The notes under the pieces: model-generated
Databases searched by the model: none
What the model saw: the letters and a program-made list of their open reading frames with translations, nothing else
Told to the model about the DNA's origin: nothing
Part shown: positions 36,949-46,220 of the stretch, in pieces
Layout of the letters: every line of letters starts with the position of its first letter
Position numbering within the stretch: the first letter of the stretch is position 1
NCBI GenBank assembly: GCA_022574205.1
Contig: JACZSL010000004.1
Coordinates: 1 to 53,688, forward strand
Source: Patescibacteria group bacterium
GTDB lineage: Bacteria; Patescibacteriota; Minisyncoccia; Phycocordibacterales; JACZSL01
Reading direction: 5' to 3'
DNA length: 53,688 bases
Position numbers and translations under genes: made by a program

Positions 36949-37060
36949 ATTTAAAGTATAAATGAAAAAGTACGAAGATTAAAGAGCGCCGGATTATGGC
37001 AAAAGTAATTTGACGTCGCAAAGGCATTTTGCGATAATTGGCGAACTCCAAACAAAACTT

Positions 37061-38305
37061 ATGGACAAATTTTTTACAGAAAGAACAAACGCAAAGAATG
37101 TACTTCTCGCACTCGTGGTCATAATTATTATTGGACTTCCTGCGTATTTTCTTGGAGCAAACAGCGAATCCTCAAATTATAATGGTGTCATTTCTACCCC
37201 TATACTTGAGGGTGGTAGCAACCTTGAACCTGCGGAGGTGGATTTTTCGCCTGTATGGAAAGCTTGGAATGTCTTGAACAAAAAGTATGTACCGTTGTCA
37301 ACATCAACGATCACGTCTTCCGAAGATAAAATATGGGGAATGATAAAGGGCTTGACCTCTTCACTTGAGGACCCATACACAGTTTTTCTACCACCAGTTC
37401 AAGCAGAAATATTCGCAGAGGATATTAGTGGAAACTTTGAGGGTGTTGGAATGGAGATCGGCATTCGTGATCAAGTGTTGACGGTCATTGCACCACTTCA
37501 AGGGACACCCGCCCAACTAGCAGGACTCAAAAGCGGTGACAATATATTGCGTATTGATGGAGAAATAACCAAGTCAATTACAATTGATGAAGCTGTTAAT
37601 CGCATCCGAGGAGAGCGCGGTACGGAAGTAGTTTTTACTGTTGCTCGTGATGGCGATGGAGAACTTCTGGAAATTAAAGTCATTCGAGATGTTATTGAGA
37701 TTCCAACGATTACAAGTGAACTTAGAAGTGACAACGTGTTTGTTATAGAACTCTTTAATTTTTCTGCGGTGTCAGCAAATCTTTTTCGCAGCGCACTCCG
37801 TGAATTTATTGTAAGTGGAACTAATAAACTTATTGTTGATCTTCGCGGGAATCCAGGCGGTTTCCTTGAAGCAGCTGTTGATATGGCAAGCTGGTTTTTA
37901 CCGGCCGGTAAAATTGTGCTTCAGGAAGACTTTGGTGGAGGCGCAAAACCTAAAATATACAGAAGTAGGGGATACGACGTTTTTAGTGATAATCTGGAGA
38001 TGGTAGTACTAATCGACGGTGGAAGCGCCAGCGCGTCTGAGATTCTCGCCGGTGCGCTTAATGAACACGGCGTGGCAACTCTCGTTGGTGGTACATCATT
38101 TGGTAAGGGGTCTGTACAGGAACTGGTGAAAATCACAAGTGACACATACCTCAAGGTGACTATTGCTCGTTGGCTAACTCCACTGGGTACGTCAATTTCT
38201 CACGGGGGATTAACACCAGATATCCTTGTAGAAGTTACATCAGAGGATATTGCGGAAGGTAGAGACCCACAACTTGAAAGGGCGTTACAATTATTGTTAA
38301 ATTAG
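37061..38305 (+). CDS. S41 C-terminal processing peptidase
   Basis: DPYT, PDZ GVG, DLRGNPGG, SASASEI, FGKGSVQ. Confidence 0.92.
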   Translation: MDKFFTERTNAKNVLLALVVIIIIGLPAYFLGANSESSNYNGVISTPILEGGSNLEPAEVDFSPVWKAWNVLNKKYVPLSTSTITSSEDKIWGMIKGLTSSLEDPYTVFLPPVQAEIFAEDISGNFEGVGMEIGIRDQVLTVIAPLQGTPAQLAGLKSGDNILRIDGEITKSITIDEAVNRIRGERGTEVVFTVARDGDGELLEIKVIRDVIEIPTITSELRSDNVFVIELFNFSAVSANLFRSALREFIVSGTNKLIVDLRGNPGGFLEAAVDMASWFLPAGKIVLQEDFGGGAKPKIYRSRGYDVFSDNLEMVVLIDGGSASASEILAGALNEHGVATLVGGTSFGKGSVQELVKITSDTYLKVTIARWLTPLGTSISHGGLTPDILVEVTSEDIAEGRDPQLERALQLLLN

Positions 38306-38340
38306 GTATTAAGTATATAGTATCAGGTATTAAGTATAAG
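38303..38340 (+). repeat. Heptamer tandem repeat
   Basis: taggtat-taagtat-atagtat-caggtat-taagtat. Confidence 0.65.
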
Positions 38341-38369
38341 TGATGGCTAATTCTCTAAAGGGGACCTGT

Positions 38370-38500
38370 CCCGTTAGTAGTTACCTGTCTGCGTGTGGGC
38401 ACGCACAGGCAAACGATTAGTCTGTAGAATTGAGACATGTGACGAGGACAAACTTTACAAAATTTGACCACAAATATTAACAGAATAATTATCTAATGGG
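38370..38500 (+). mobile_element. CCCG-hairpin element at the rplI start
   Basis: gggACCTGT-cccgttagtagtta...taattatctaatggg-ATG; REP hairpin inside at 38384-38410. Confidence 0.8.
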
Positions 38501-38944
38501 ATGAAAATTATCTTACTTCAAGACGTAAAGAAAATAGGCCTAAAACACACTGTTAAGGATGTGGCTTCAGGCTATGCGCACAATTTCCTTATCCCGCGCG
38601 GTTTAGCCGAAAACGCAACAAAGGATAAGCTACGCAAGCTCGAGGCACTTAAGCTTAAGATTGATGTAGAGCGGAAGGTTCAAAATGATCTTTTGGCTAA
38701 GAATCTCAAGACTTTGAAAGGTGCAAAAATAGAAATATATGCAAAAGCAAACGAAAAAGGATATTTATTTAAAGGTATTCACACTGATGAAATTGTTAAA
38801 GCACTCAAAGAGAAGGGGCATGTTGATATTGCCGAAGATATGATAGATGCCAACACACCTTTAAAAGAGGTTGGTGAATTTAAAATTAATGTTGTGGCGG
38901 ACGAAGAGAGAGCAACCTTCACGCTCACTATCAAAGCAAGTTAG
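38501..38944 (+). CDS. rplI: 50S ribosomal protein L9
   Basis: MKIILLQDV..IG, GYA.NFLIPRGLA. Confidence 0.95.
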   Translation: MKIILLQDVKKIGLKHTVKDVASGYAHNFLIPRGLAENATKDKLRKLEALKLKIDVERKVQNDLLAKNLKTLKGAKIEIYAKANEKGYLFKGIHTDEIVKALKEKGHVDIAEDMIDANTPLKEVGEFKINVVADEERATFTLTIKAS

Positions 38945-38962
38945 AATTATAGAATCAAAACA

Positions 38963-38989
38963 CAAAAAGCCCCTTTCATGGGCTTTTTG
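38963..38989. terminator. Bidirectional terminator
   Basis: caaaaagccc-ctttcat-gggctttttg. Confidence 0.75.
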
Positions 38990-38998
38990 CGTTCGGCT

Positions 38999-39144
38999 GG
39001 GCTTACTCATTGTGTGGCATTAGATTCCGCAATGTTTTATATTTTGTGTCTAGGTGACTGAAACATATAGTTTCCGCCTATACCGACACTTATTTTATTT
39101 ATTAGATCGGAATTTTTATGCCACATTTCAATTGGAGCAAACTC
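38999..39144 (-). ncRNA. Candidate 6S-like rod-shaped ncRNA
   Basis: TTGACG-17-GATAAT promoter upstream; long closing stem, A-rich central bubble and inner stem-loop; terminator downstream. Confidence 0.45.
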
Positions 39145-39393
39145 AATGTAATTATCTTATTGGTGTTTTTACTCGTCAACACATGTCAAGTTCCAAAACA
39201 GGGGGAAAATTGTGAATATACTGTTGATAAGCCTGTTTAAAAGCAGTTCCAATATAATTGATAAGTTAGTTAATGTTAAAGTGATGTAAAAATACGCCCA
39301 TATATAAGGGCGAATTGCTATTGTAATATTTCAGACTACTTCTCCACACATTTACAACTTTTGCAGTCAAACCTGTGGAAATCTCAAGCTCAT

Positions 39394-39666
39394 TTAGAGA
39401 ACACTCACTGTCTTCTTCACAACTGTCTTTCCGTCGTATCTAACTTTTCGTCTGTGACCATAATTTACTTTTCCATTAGTCAAAGCAAAAAGTGTGTGGT
39501 CACGCCCAACACCAACATTTTTACCAGCCTCAATCTTTGTACCTCGCTGTCGTACAATGACCGAACCCACCTTTGCAACCTCCCCGTCATAAAGTTTAAC
39601 CCCAAGGTATTTTGGGTTTGAATCTCGTAAGTTTTTTGCTGATCCGCCAGCCTTCCTGTGTGCCAT
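39394..39666 (-). CDS. rpmA: 50S ribosomal protein L27
   Basis: [29 protein letters not shown]. Confidence 0.96.
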   Translation of the reverse strand: MAHRKAGGSAKNLRDSNPKYLGVKLYDGEVAKVGSVIVRQRGTKIEAGKNVGVGRDHTLFALTNGKVNYGHRRKVRYDGKTVVKKTVSVL

Positions 39667-39672
39667 GATACG

Positions 39673-39763
39673 ATAGTATAAAGTGAAAAGTAGAAAGTGT
39701 AAAGTATAGTGGAAAGTAGACTTAATAACTCAGCCCTTAACCTTCAACTTTTGACTTTCAACT
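39673..39763. repeat. Inverted heptamer array (AAAGTNN)n...(pyrimidine-rich inverse)n
   Basis: aaagtga-aaagtag-aaagtgt-aaagtat then cttcaac-ttttgac-tttcaac. Confidence 0.7.
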
Positions 39764-39782
39764 AATTTTTAACTACATGAGT

Positions 39783-39878
39783 CCCGTACGAAATTAACCT
39801 TTAGATTACAAAATAGGATACAATAATAAACTATAAGACAGTAACTGACCAACTATTATCAATGTAATTTCGTACTGG
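39783..39878 (+). mobile_element. CCCG-hairpin element (CCCGTACG variant)
   Basis: ATGAGT on both sides; ends cccgtacgaaatta/taatttcgtactgg (13/14). Confidence 0.8.
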
Positions 39879-40256
39879 ATGAGTATAAAAGAAGTAGGTA
39901 CAAAAATCAAGGACTCTATACATCTCTCATACGGCGACCTAGTCGTGACACTTATTATAATTTTTGTGGGTCTAAGCGGTTTTGGACTAGGTAGATTATC
40001 TGTTGATACAAACCAAAACAGTGAAATCAGGTTAATTAACAAATTAGACGAGCAGAGTGCTACGGTAGCGCTACCACAGGGTTTTGATGAAAAATTCGGA
40101 CTCATCGTAGCTTCCAAAGGCGGCACCAAGTATCATTATCCCTGGTGCTCTGGACCAAATCGTATGAAGGAGGAAAATAAGATTTGGTTTAATTCCATTG
40201 AGGAGGCTCGTAGGGCAGGTTACACTCCAGCGGCAAACTGCAAGGGGCTCAAGTAG
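39879..40256 (+). CDS. Membrane-anchored protein with Ada metal-binding-like C-terminus
   Basis: TM FGLGRLS; VASK.GTKYH.PWC, F.S.EEA..AGY.PA..C. Confidence 0.7.
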   Translation: MSIKEVGTKIKDSIHLSYGDLVVTLIIIFVGLSGFGLGRLSVDTNQNSEIRLINKLDEQSATVALPQGFDEKFGLIVASKGGTKYHYPWCSGPNRMKEENKIWFNSIEEARRAGYTPAANCKGLK

Positions 40257-40342
40257 TCAAAAGTAGAAAGTCGAAAGTTTAAAGTAAAAAGGTTAGTTTA
40301 TTTCGCTTTCCGCTTTCCACTTTCTACTTTTCATTTTATACT
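40253..40342. repeat. Inverted heptamer array
   Basis: aaagtag-aaagtcg-aaagttt-aaagtaa then cgctttc-cgctttc-cactttc-tactttt. Confidence 0.7.
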
Positions 40343-40349
40343 ATCTTTT

Positions 40350-40940
40350 ATGATCATAGTAGACTTAGAAGCAAGCGGAACAGAGTATTACAAACATTCA
40401 ATTGTAAGTATTGGAGCGCTTGAGCTGGAAAACCCAAAAGATCGTTTTTACCTTGAATGCAAAATTTGGGATGGAGCGCATATAATGCCTGAATCTCTCG
40501 AGGTCAACGGATTTACCAAAGAAGAAATTTGTGATCCGAGCAAAAAAGAAGAAAGCGAACTTGTTCAGGAATTTCTCGATTGGATAAGCACTAAAAATGA
40601 TCACACACTTGTTGGACAAAACGTTTCTTTTGATCGCGACTTTTTAAAAGCAGCAGCTCTAAGGGCACATATAAATTGGCCGCTTGCATATAGAACCATC
40701 GACACACACACGCTTTGTTATATGCATATAATTAAAAGAAAATTAAACATTCCTAAAGTAAACAAACGTTCTGCGTTAGATTTCGATTCCGTTTTAAATT
40801 ACGTCGGTATTCCTAATGAACCAACGCCGCACAATGCGCTAACTGGTGCGCTTAGCCACGCAGAAGTTACGTATAGATTATTGTACGACGAAAAACTTTT
40901 ACCAGAGTTTGAAGAGTTTCCGATTCCATGGAAGAAGTAA
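40350..40940 (+). CDS. DEDDh 3'-5' exonuclease
   Basis: DLEASG, N.SFD..F, IDT, HNAL..A. Confidence 0.85.
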   Translation: MIIVDLEASGTEYYKHSIVSIGALELENPKDRFYLECKIWDGAHIMPESLEVNGFTKEEICDPSKKEESELVQEFLDWISTKNDHTLVGQNVSFDRDFLKAAALRAHINWPLAYRTIDTHTLCYMHIIKRKLNIPKVNKRSALDFDSVLNYVGIPNEPTPHNALTGALSHAEVTYRLLYDEKLLPEFEEFPIPWKK

Positions 40941-41102
40941 TACACACAATATCCACAAAAAATAGAAGCTATGGTGTAGAAAAGGGCATATAATAAAGTA
41001 ACATTAATACGCGAGGGCGTATTACTGTACACTACTTTAGGGCGGGGAACGAGGGAGTTTTCTTGAGCCTCAATGTTTAAGTGAACATTAAAACGTCGCA
41101 CA

Positions 41103-41423
41103 ATGACGGAGTACACTTTTCAAAGAATCAAGCAGTCAATTGCAAGTGACAGAGTGTGGAAAAATGGTCTCTACGCTTCTTTTGGTGCGTTAGCTGACCC
41201 AACCAGATATTCGATTTTCCAGACCCTTGTGATACATAAGGGTTTTTGTGTGAGCGATCTTGCAGAGCTTGTTGGGGTGAGCGTTGCTTCTGCTTCTCAA
41301 CACTTAAAATTCCTCGAAAAACAAAGACTTGTGGTTCGCGAACGAAAAGGCCGAAAAATTTGTTACAAAGTCAATTATCACAACGACATTACAATATTGT
41401 TTATTCAAATGATAAATGTATGA
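41103..41423 (+). CDS. ArsR/SmtB family regulator
   Basis: ALADPTR..I, CV.DLA, SQHLK.L, R.GR..Y. Confidence 0.88.
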   Translation: MTEYTFQRIKQSIASDRVWKNGLYASFGALADPTRYSIFQTLVIHKGFCVSDLAELVGVSVASASQHLKFLEKQRLVVRERKGRKICYKVNYHNDITILFIQMINV

Positions 41424-42643
41424 GTTACGTTAGCACAAGAAAAGTACTCATGCTTGGATGGGAATTCCCACCATTTCATATAGGAGGACTCGGTGTCGCG
41501 AGTAAGGGGCTTGCGGAAGCTTTAGTGCGCAGAGGTTCGCAAATAACATTTGTACTTCCACATAAAGTAAACATAAACCATCCAAACATACGTTTTCTTT
41601 TTGCGAATGTTCCAAAAGAAAACAATGATTCCTTTCATCCATATAATGCATCAAATCAAAAGCGGGTTTGCGATTTGTTAAAAAACACACGCTTTTATGG
41701 ACAGGTGTTTGACCACATATTACTTTTTGCCATACAAGCAGCAGAATTAACCGCCCATGAAGATTTTGATATTATTCATGCGCACGACTGGTGGACATAT
41801 AGCGCAGGAATTGTGATCAGGGAACAAAGTGGAAAACCGCTTATATTGCATGTACATGCTACAAGTTTTGATCAAGCCGGAAGAGGACATGTGAATCCAC
41901 AGCAGTACGCAATGGAGCGAAAGGCGTATCATGCAGCTGATTCGATTATCGCGGTGTCGCAATTTACGAAGGACACTATAGTTGAGAAATATGATGTGTC
42001 AGAGGCAAAAATATTTGTTGTACATAATGCTGCACAGACGCATGCAACAGATCTAGAGCCAATAGTCGGTATTGAGAAGTTGAAAGCACAAGGGAATAAA
42101 ATTGTATTATATCTTGGACGCTTCACTATTCAGAAAGGTCCCGACTATTTTATAAAAGCGGCAAAATGCGTACTAGATTATTATAAAAATGTATACTTTA
42201 TTATGAACGGGACCGGTGATATGCGAGGACAGATTGTCACGCAAGCTGCGGAGCTTGGAATTTCGGATCGTGTAATTTTCACTGAAGGGTTTGGTCGTGA
42301 GGCGTCCAGACTTTATAATGTAGCTGATCTATACGTTATGCCAAGTGTGTCAGAACCGTTTGGAATTACTTCCCTTGAAGCACAGCTCGCGCACACACCG
42401 GTTATTATTTCAAAACAGTCGGGAGCTTCGGAGGTTATAAAATATGGTTTAAAGGTTGATTTTTGGGACATAGAAGAAATGACAAATAAGATTGTCGCTG
42501 TTCTCCAAAATGAGCCTTTGTCACATTTTTTGTCAGAAGAGGGGTTTGTCGAAGCGATACAACACACTTGGGAGAAAGCAGCAGCGAAGTGCGAAAGTGT
42601 CTACGATGATATTATAAATTTATTTAAGAGAGGCCCATCATAA
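41420..42643 (+). CDS. GT4 glycosyltransferase (glycogen synthase-like)
   Basis: GWEFPP..GGLG, HAHDW, QKG, PSVSEPFG; ATGA overlap with the arsR stop. Confidence 0.88.
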   Translation: MSYVSTRKVLMLGWEFPPFHIGGLGVASKGLAEALVRRGSQITFVLPHKVNINHPNIRFLFANVPKENNDSFHPYNASNQKRVCDLLKNTRFYGQVFDHILLFAIQAAELTAHEDFDIIHAHDWWTYSAGIVIREQSGKPLILHVHATSFDQAGRGHVNPQQYAMERKAYHAADSIIAVSQFTKDTIVEKYDVSEAKIFVVHNAAQTHATDLEPIVGIEKLKAQGNKIVLYLGRFTIQKGPDYFIKAAKCVLDYYKNVYFIMNGTGDMRGQIVTQAAELGISDRVIFTEGFGREASRLYNVADLYVMPSVSEPFGITSLEAQLAHTPVIISKQSGASEVIKYGLKVDFWDIEEMTNKIVAVLQNEPLSHFLSEEGFVEAIQHTWEKAAAKCESVYDDIINLFKRGPS

Positions 42644-42654
42644 GTCATAAACAC

Positions 42655-43941
42655 ATGCTTTCAATTTGCCCTTATTTTCATGTCCATCAACCATACCGTA
42701 TTAAAAAGTACAGGGTTTTTGATATTGGCCAAGACAGTGAGTATTTTAACGCTTCGGATGAGACAGATCTAAACAATCTTAAAGTTTTGAAAAAAGTTGC
42801 AAGAAAATCCTATCTTCCAGCAAACGAAACACTTTTGGGTCTCCTGAAAAAACACCCAGAGTTCTGCTTTGCGTTATCTTTCTCTGGAGTATTACTCGAA
42901 CAAATAGAAGAGCATTTACCGGAAGTGCTCGATTCGTTTAAAAAACTTGTACACACCGGGCGCGTCGAGTTACTCGCCGACACTTACTATCACTCTCTTG
43001 CATTCTTCTATTCAAGGCGTGAGTTTGAACGCCAAGTTAAACAGCACGAAAGATTATTAAAGCGTATTTTTAATGTAACACCGAAAGTGTTCCGTCACAC
43101 CGAATTGTCGTATAACAACGACATGGCCAAGTGGGCGGAGCGCCATGGGTACTTGGGTATTATGGCAGAGGGATGGGAGCCCGTTCTTGGATGGAGAAGC
43201 CCCAATTTTATTTACAGTCCTAAAGACTGTAAAAAAATAAAAGTTCTTCTTAAGAACTACAAACTTTCGGACGACATCGCTTTTCGTTTTTCTGAGAGAA
43301 GTTGGGCGGGTTGGCCGTTGGATGCAAATAAGTTTGCAGGTTGGGTTTCAAATCATCATGGAAATGGCAATACAATTAATCTTTTTATGGATTTTGAGAC
43401 ATTCGGAGAGCACCAGTGGGAGAGCACTGGCATATTTCATTTCCTTGAGGCTTTACCTGGCGCGCTTTTAGCAAACCCTGACACCACCTTCATGACACCA
43501 ACTGAAACAATCGAGAACTATGAAAGCGTTGGAGAGATTGATGTGCCTCACGTACTTACATGGGCTGATACGGAGCGTGATTTAACTGCGTGGACTGGAA
43601 ATGAAATACAACGCTACGCCCTCAGTTCTCTCTATGATCTCGAAAAAGATGTTTTGGTCTTAAAGGACAAGAAATTAACTTCTGATTGGCGCAAACTTCA
43701 GACATCTGACCACTTCTATTACATGTGTACTAAATGGTCACAGGATGGCGATGTGCATAAATACTTTAGCCCATATGAATCGCCATACGACGCGCACATT
43801 TCATTTATGAATATACTTCAAGATGTAAGACTTAGAATTAAAGAAGCAAAAAAGAAAAAAAGAAAGCAAAGGATTTCAAAGAAATATCAAAATATTAACC
43901 AGAACGCTCCTCGTACGAGCTTGTCTAATTCAAATTCATAG
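42655..43941 (+). CDS. GH57 alpha-amylase/glycoside hydrolase
   Basis: H.HQP, TEL.Y, SDDIAFRF, DFETFGEH, QTSDHFYY. Confidence 0.9.
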   Translation: MLSICPYFHVHQPYRIKKYRVFDIGQDSEYFNASDETDLNNLKVLKKVARKSYLPANETLLGLLKKHPEFCFALSFSGVLLEQIEEHLPEVLDSFKKLVHTGRVELLADTYYHSLAFFYSRREFERQVKQHERLLKRIFNVTPKVFRHTELSYNNDMAKWAERHGYLGIMAEGWEPVLGWRSPNFIYSPKDCKKIKVLLKNYKLSDDIAFRFSERSWAGWPLDANKFAGWVSNHHGNGNTINLFMDFETFGEHQWESTGIFHFLEALPGALLANPDTTFMTPTETIENYESVGEIDVPHVLTWADTERDLTAWTGNEIQRYALSSLYDLEKDVLVLKDKKLTSDWRKLQTSDHFYYMCTKWSQDGDVHKYFSPYESPYDAHISFMNILQDVRLRIKEAKKKKRKQRISKKYQNINQNAPRTSLSNSNS

Positions 43942-43943
43942 AT

Positions 43944-45923
43944 ATGCCAAAAGCATTTACTCTAGGAAACGGAAAAATCCTCATATGCTTCGACAAGTAC
44001 GCACAAGTGCGTGATTTTTACTTTCCACGTGTCGGATTGGAGAATCACGTAAGCGGACACCACGTACACCGGATTGGCATATGGGCTGATGGCTCTATGA
44101 AGTGGTTTGAGGATCCTTCATGGAATATTTCGATGACGTGTAATATTGATACAGGAACGTGTGATGTCACAGCAGTAAATAATGGTCTTAAAGTTTTGGT
44201 AACTTTAAATGACATTATTTACAACGAAGAAAATATTTTCGTACGAAAAGTTACAGTAAAAAATCTGCAGGACAACGATAGAGAAATTAAAATGTTCTTT
44301 GCACAACAATTCCAGATATCTGAGTCAAGGCGTGGCGATACTGCTTATTATGATCCCCGTTGCCGTGCACTAATCCACTACAAGGGGTCACGTGTGTTTC
44401 TAATCAACACACAGTACGGAACAAAAAGTTTTGATGACTACACAACCGGACTCTTTGAAATTGAAGGAAAAGAGGGAAGTCATTTGGACGCACTCGACGG
44501 GCAACTCTCGAAAAACCCTATAGAACACGGTTCGGCTGATTCCGTTCTCGGCATGACTTTAGAGATTTCTGGGAGAGGTTCCGAAACGTTCCACTATTGG
44601 ATCGCAGTAGCAAAGTCTATAAGTGAAGTACGTGAACTCAATACGTACGTATTAAAGAAAACCCCAGATCACCTAATGACGACGACAAAGGATTATTGGA
44701 ACGCTTGGGTCAATCGTAAGAACTTTAGTTTCCATGGGCTAAGCGATGAGATTCAGCATCTATTTAAGCAGTCCCTTCTCATTGTGCGCAGTCACGAGGA
44801 TGAGAGTGGTGCAATCATAGCAAGCGGTGACTCTGACATGCTTCAGCATGGGCGCGACACATACAGCTATATGTGGCCTCGAGACGGGGCATTTGCCGCC
44901 CTCGCTCTCGCCCGTGCCGGAAGTTTAAGCAGCGCAAGACGATTCTTTGAATTCTGCAATCGTGTAATTTCGGACGAAGGATATTTTATGCATAAATATC
45001 TCGCCGATGGATCTCTTGGAAGTTCATGGCATCCATGGATTAGAGATGGAAAACCGGAACTTCCTATACAAGAAGACGAGACAGCGTCAGTACTTTATGC
45101 CTTATGGGAATATTACCGCTTTTCAAAAGATTTGGAGTTTATTGAAAGTATTTACTCGTCTCTTATAGAAAGTGCTGCTGACTTCCTAATACACTACACA
45201 TATCGGGACACCAACCTTCCGTATCCAAGTTACGATTTGTGGGAAGAAAAATATGGTGTTTCAACGTACACATGCAGCGCTGTTTACGGCGCACTTATGG
45301 CAGCAGCAAATTTCGCTAAACTCTTAGGAAAACATGGGGCAGAAAAACGTTATCTTAGTAGCGCTGAAAAGATAAAAAAGGCCATCATAAAATACCTCTA
45401 TTGTGACGACATTAATATGTTTTGCAAACTCACCCAAATTGAGGGGAATAAAATAAATCACGACAAGACTATTGATATGAGCAGTTTTTACGGTATTTTC
45501 CAATTCGGTGTCCTAGATGTATTCGATCCTAAAATGCAAAAATGCATACAGACAATTGAAAAAGAACTGTGTCTCCACAACAACATCACAGGGGTGCCTC
45601 GCTATGTCGGGGACAAATATTATAGAATAAATGATGATGCCCCTTCGAATCCGTGGTTTATCACCACACTCTGGCTTGCACAATTTTACATTAGAGAAGC
45701 CAAGAGCGAGAAGGATCTCAAGGTAGTTAAGGCGTGTTTCGACTGGGTGCAAAAATATTCACTACCAAGCGGTATTCTTTCAGAACAACTAAATCCGTTT
45801 ACTGGTGAGCAGGTGTCGTCAGCACCTCTTACGTGGAGTCATGCAACTTTTGTCACAACAGTAATTGACTATTTGGAAAAGCTAGAAAAACTCGGTATAT
45901 GCGATGCGTCAAATACGGTGTAA
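43944..45923 (+). CDS. GH15 glucoamylase-like protein
   Basis: Y.Y.WPRD, QEDET, DLWEE, LSEQ, PLTWSH. Confidence 0.9.
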   Translation: MPKAFTLGNGKILICFDKYAQVRDFYFPRVGLENHVSGHHVHRIGIWADGSMKWFEDPSWNISMTCNIDTGTCDVTAVNNGLKVLVTLNDIIYNEENIFVRKVTVKNLQDNDREIKMFFAQQFQISESRRGDTAYYDPRCRALIHYKGSRVFLINTQYGTKSFDDYTTGLFEIEGKEGSHLDALDGQLSKNPIEHGSADSVLGMTLEISGRGSETFHYWIAVAKSISEVRELNTYVLKKTPDHLMTTTKDYWNAWVNRKNFSFHGLSDEIQHLFKQSLLIVRSHEDESGAIIASGDSDMLQHGRDTYSYMWPRDGAFAALALARAGSLSSARRFFEFCNRVISDEGYFMHKYLADGSLGSSWHPWIRDGKPELPIQEDETASVLYALWEYYRFSKDLEFIESIYSSLIESAADFLIHYTYRDTNLPYPSYDLWEEKYGVSTYTCSAVYGALMAAANFAKLLGKHGAEKRYLSSAEKIKKAIIKYLYCDDINMFCKLTQIEGNKINHDKTIDMSSFYGIFQFGVLDVFDPKMQKCIQTIEKELCLHNNITGVPRYVGDKYYRINDDAPSNPWFITTLWLAQFYIREAKSEKDLKVVKACFDWVQKYSLPSGILSEQLNPFTGEQVSSAPLTWSHATFVTTVIDYLEKLEKLGICDASNTV

Positions 45924-45965
45924 GATGTGAAGAATTATTGGGGTCAGATTTAAGTAAATATAAAT

Positions 45966-46220
45966 CCCGATAGTTATCGCCTGTCTGTGTGCGGACACGT
46001 ACAGACAGACGGACGCAAAATAAAAACTATTTTAAAAAGTCGAAAAATTATAAACATTTTAAATATTGGGATGAGGACAGTATTAGTCCGCGTCCTACCT
46101 GCCCGCTAAAGCTATAGCTATTATCATTGAAACTATGAACGTAAAGGTTGATCCATTATTTATAAGTAATAATACAAACCCGCTGTGCTTTGTAGCGATG
46201 GCAGGTGGGTAACTATCGGG
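45966..46220 (+). mobile_element. CCCGATAG-type element at the LOG gene start, with two nested inserts
   Basis: cccgatagtta...taactatcggg-ATG; inserts 45979-46008 (REP) and 46098-46209; remainder 113 bp. Confidence 0.8.

Noticed and set aside
39200-39390. oriC (DnaA-box-like tgtgaata, tgttgataa, tgtggaaa)
   Set aside because: Only degenerate boxes, no dnaA/dnaN nearby, and skew cannot be assessed.
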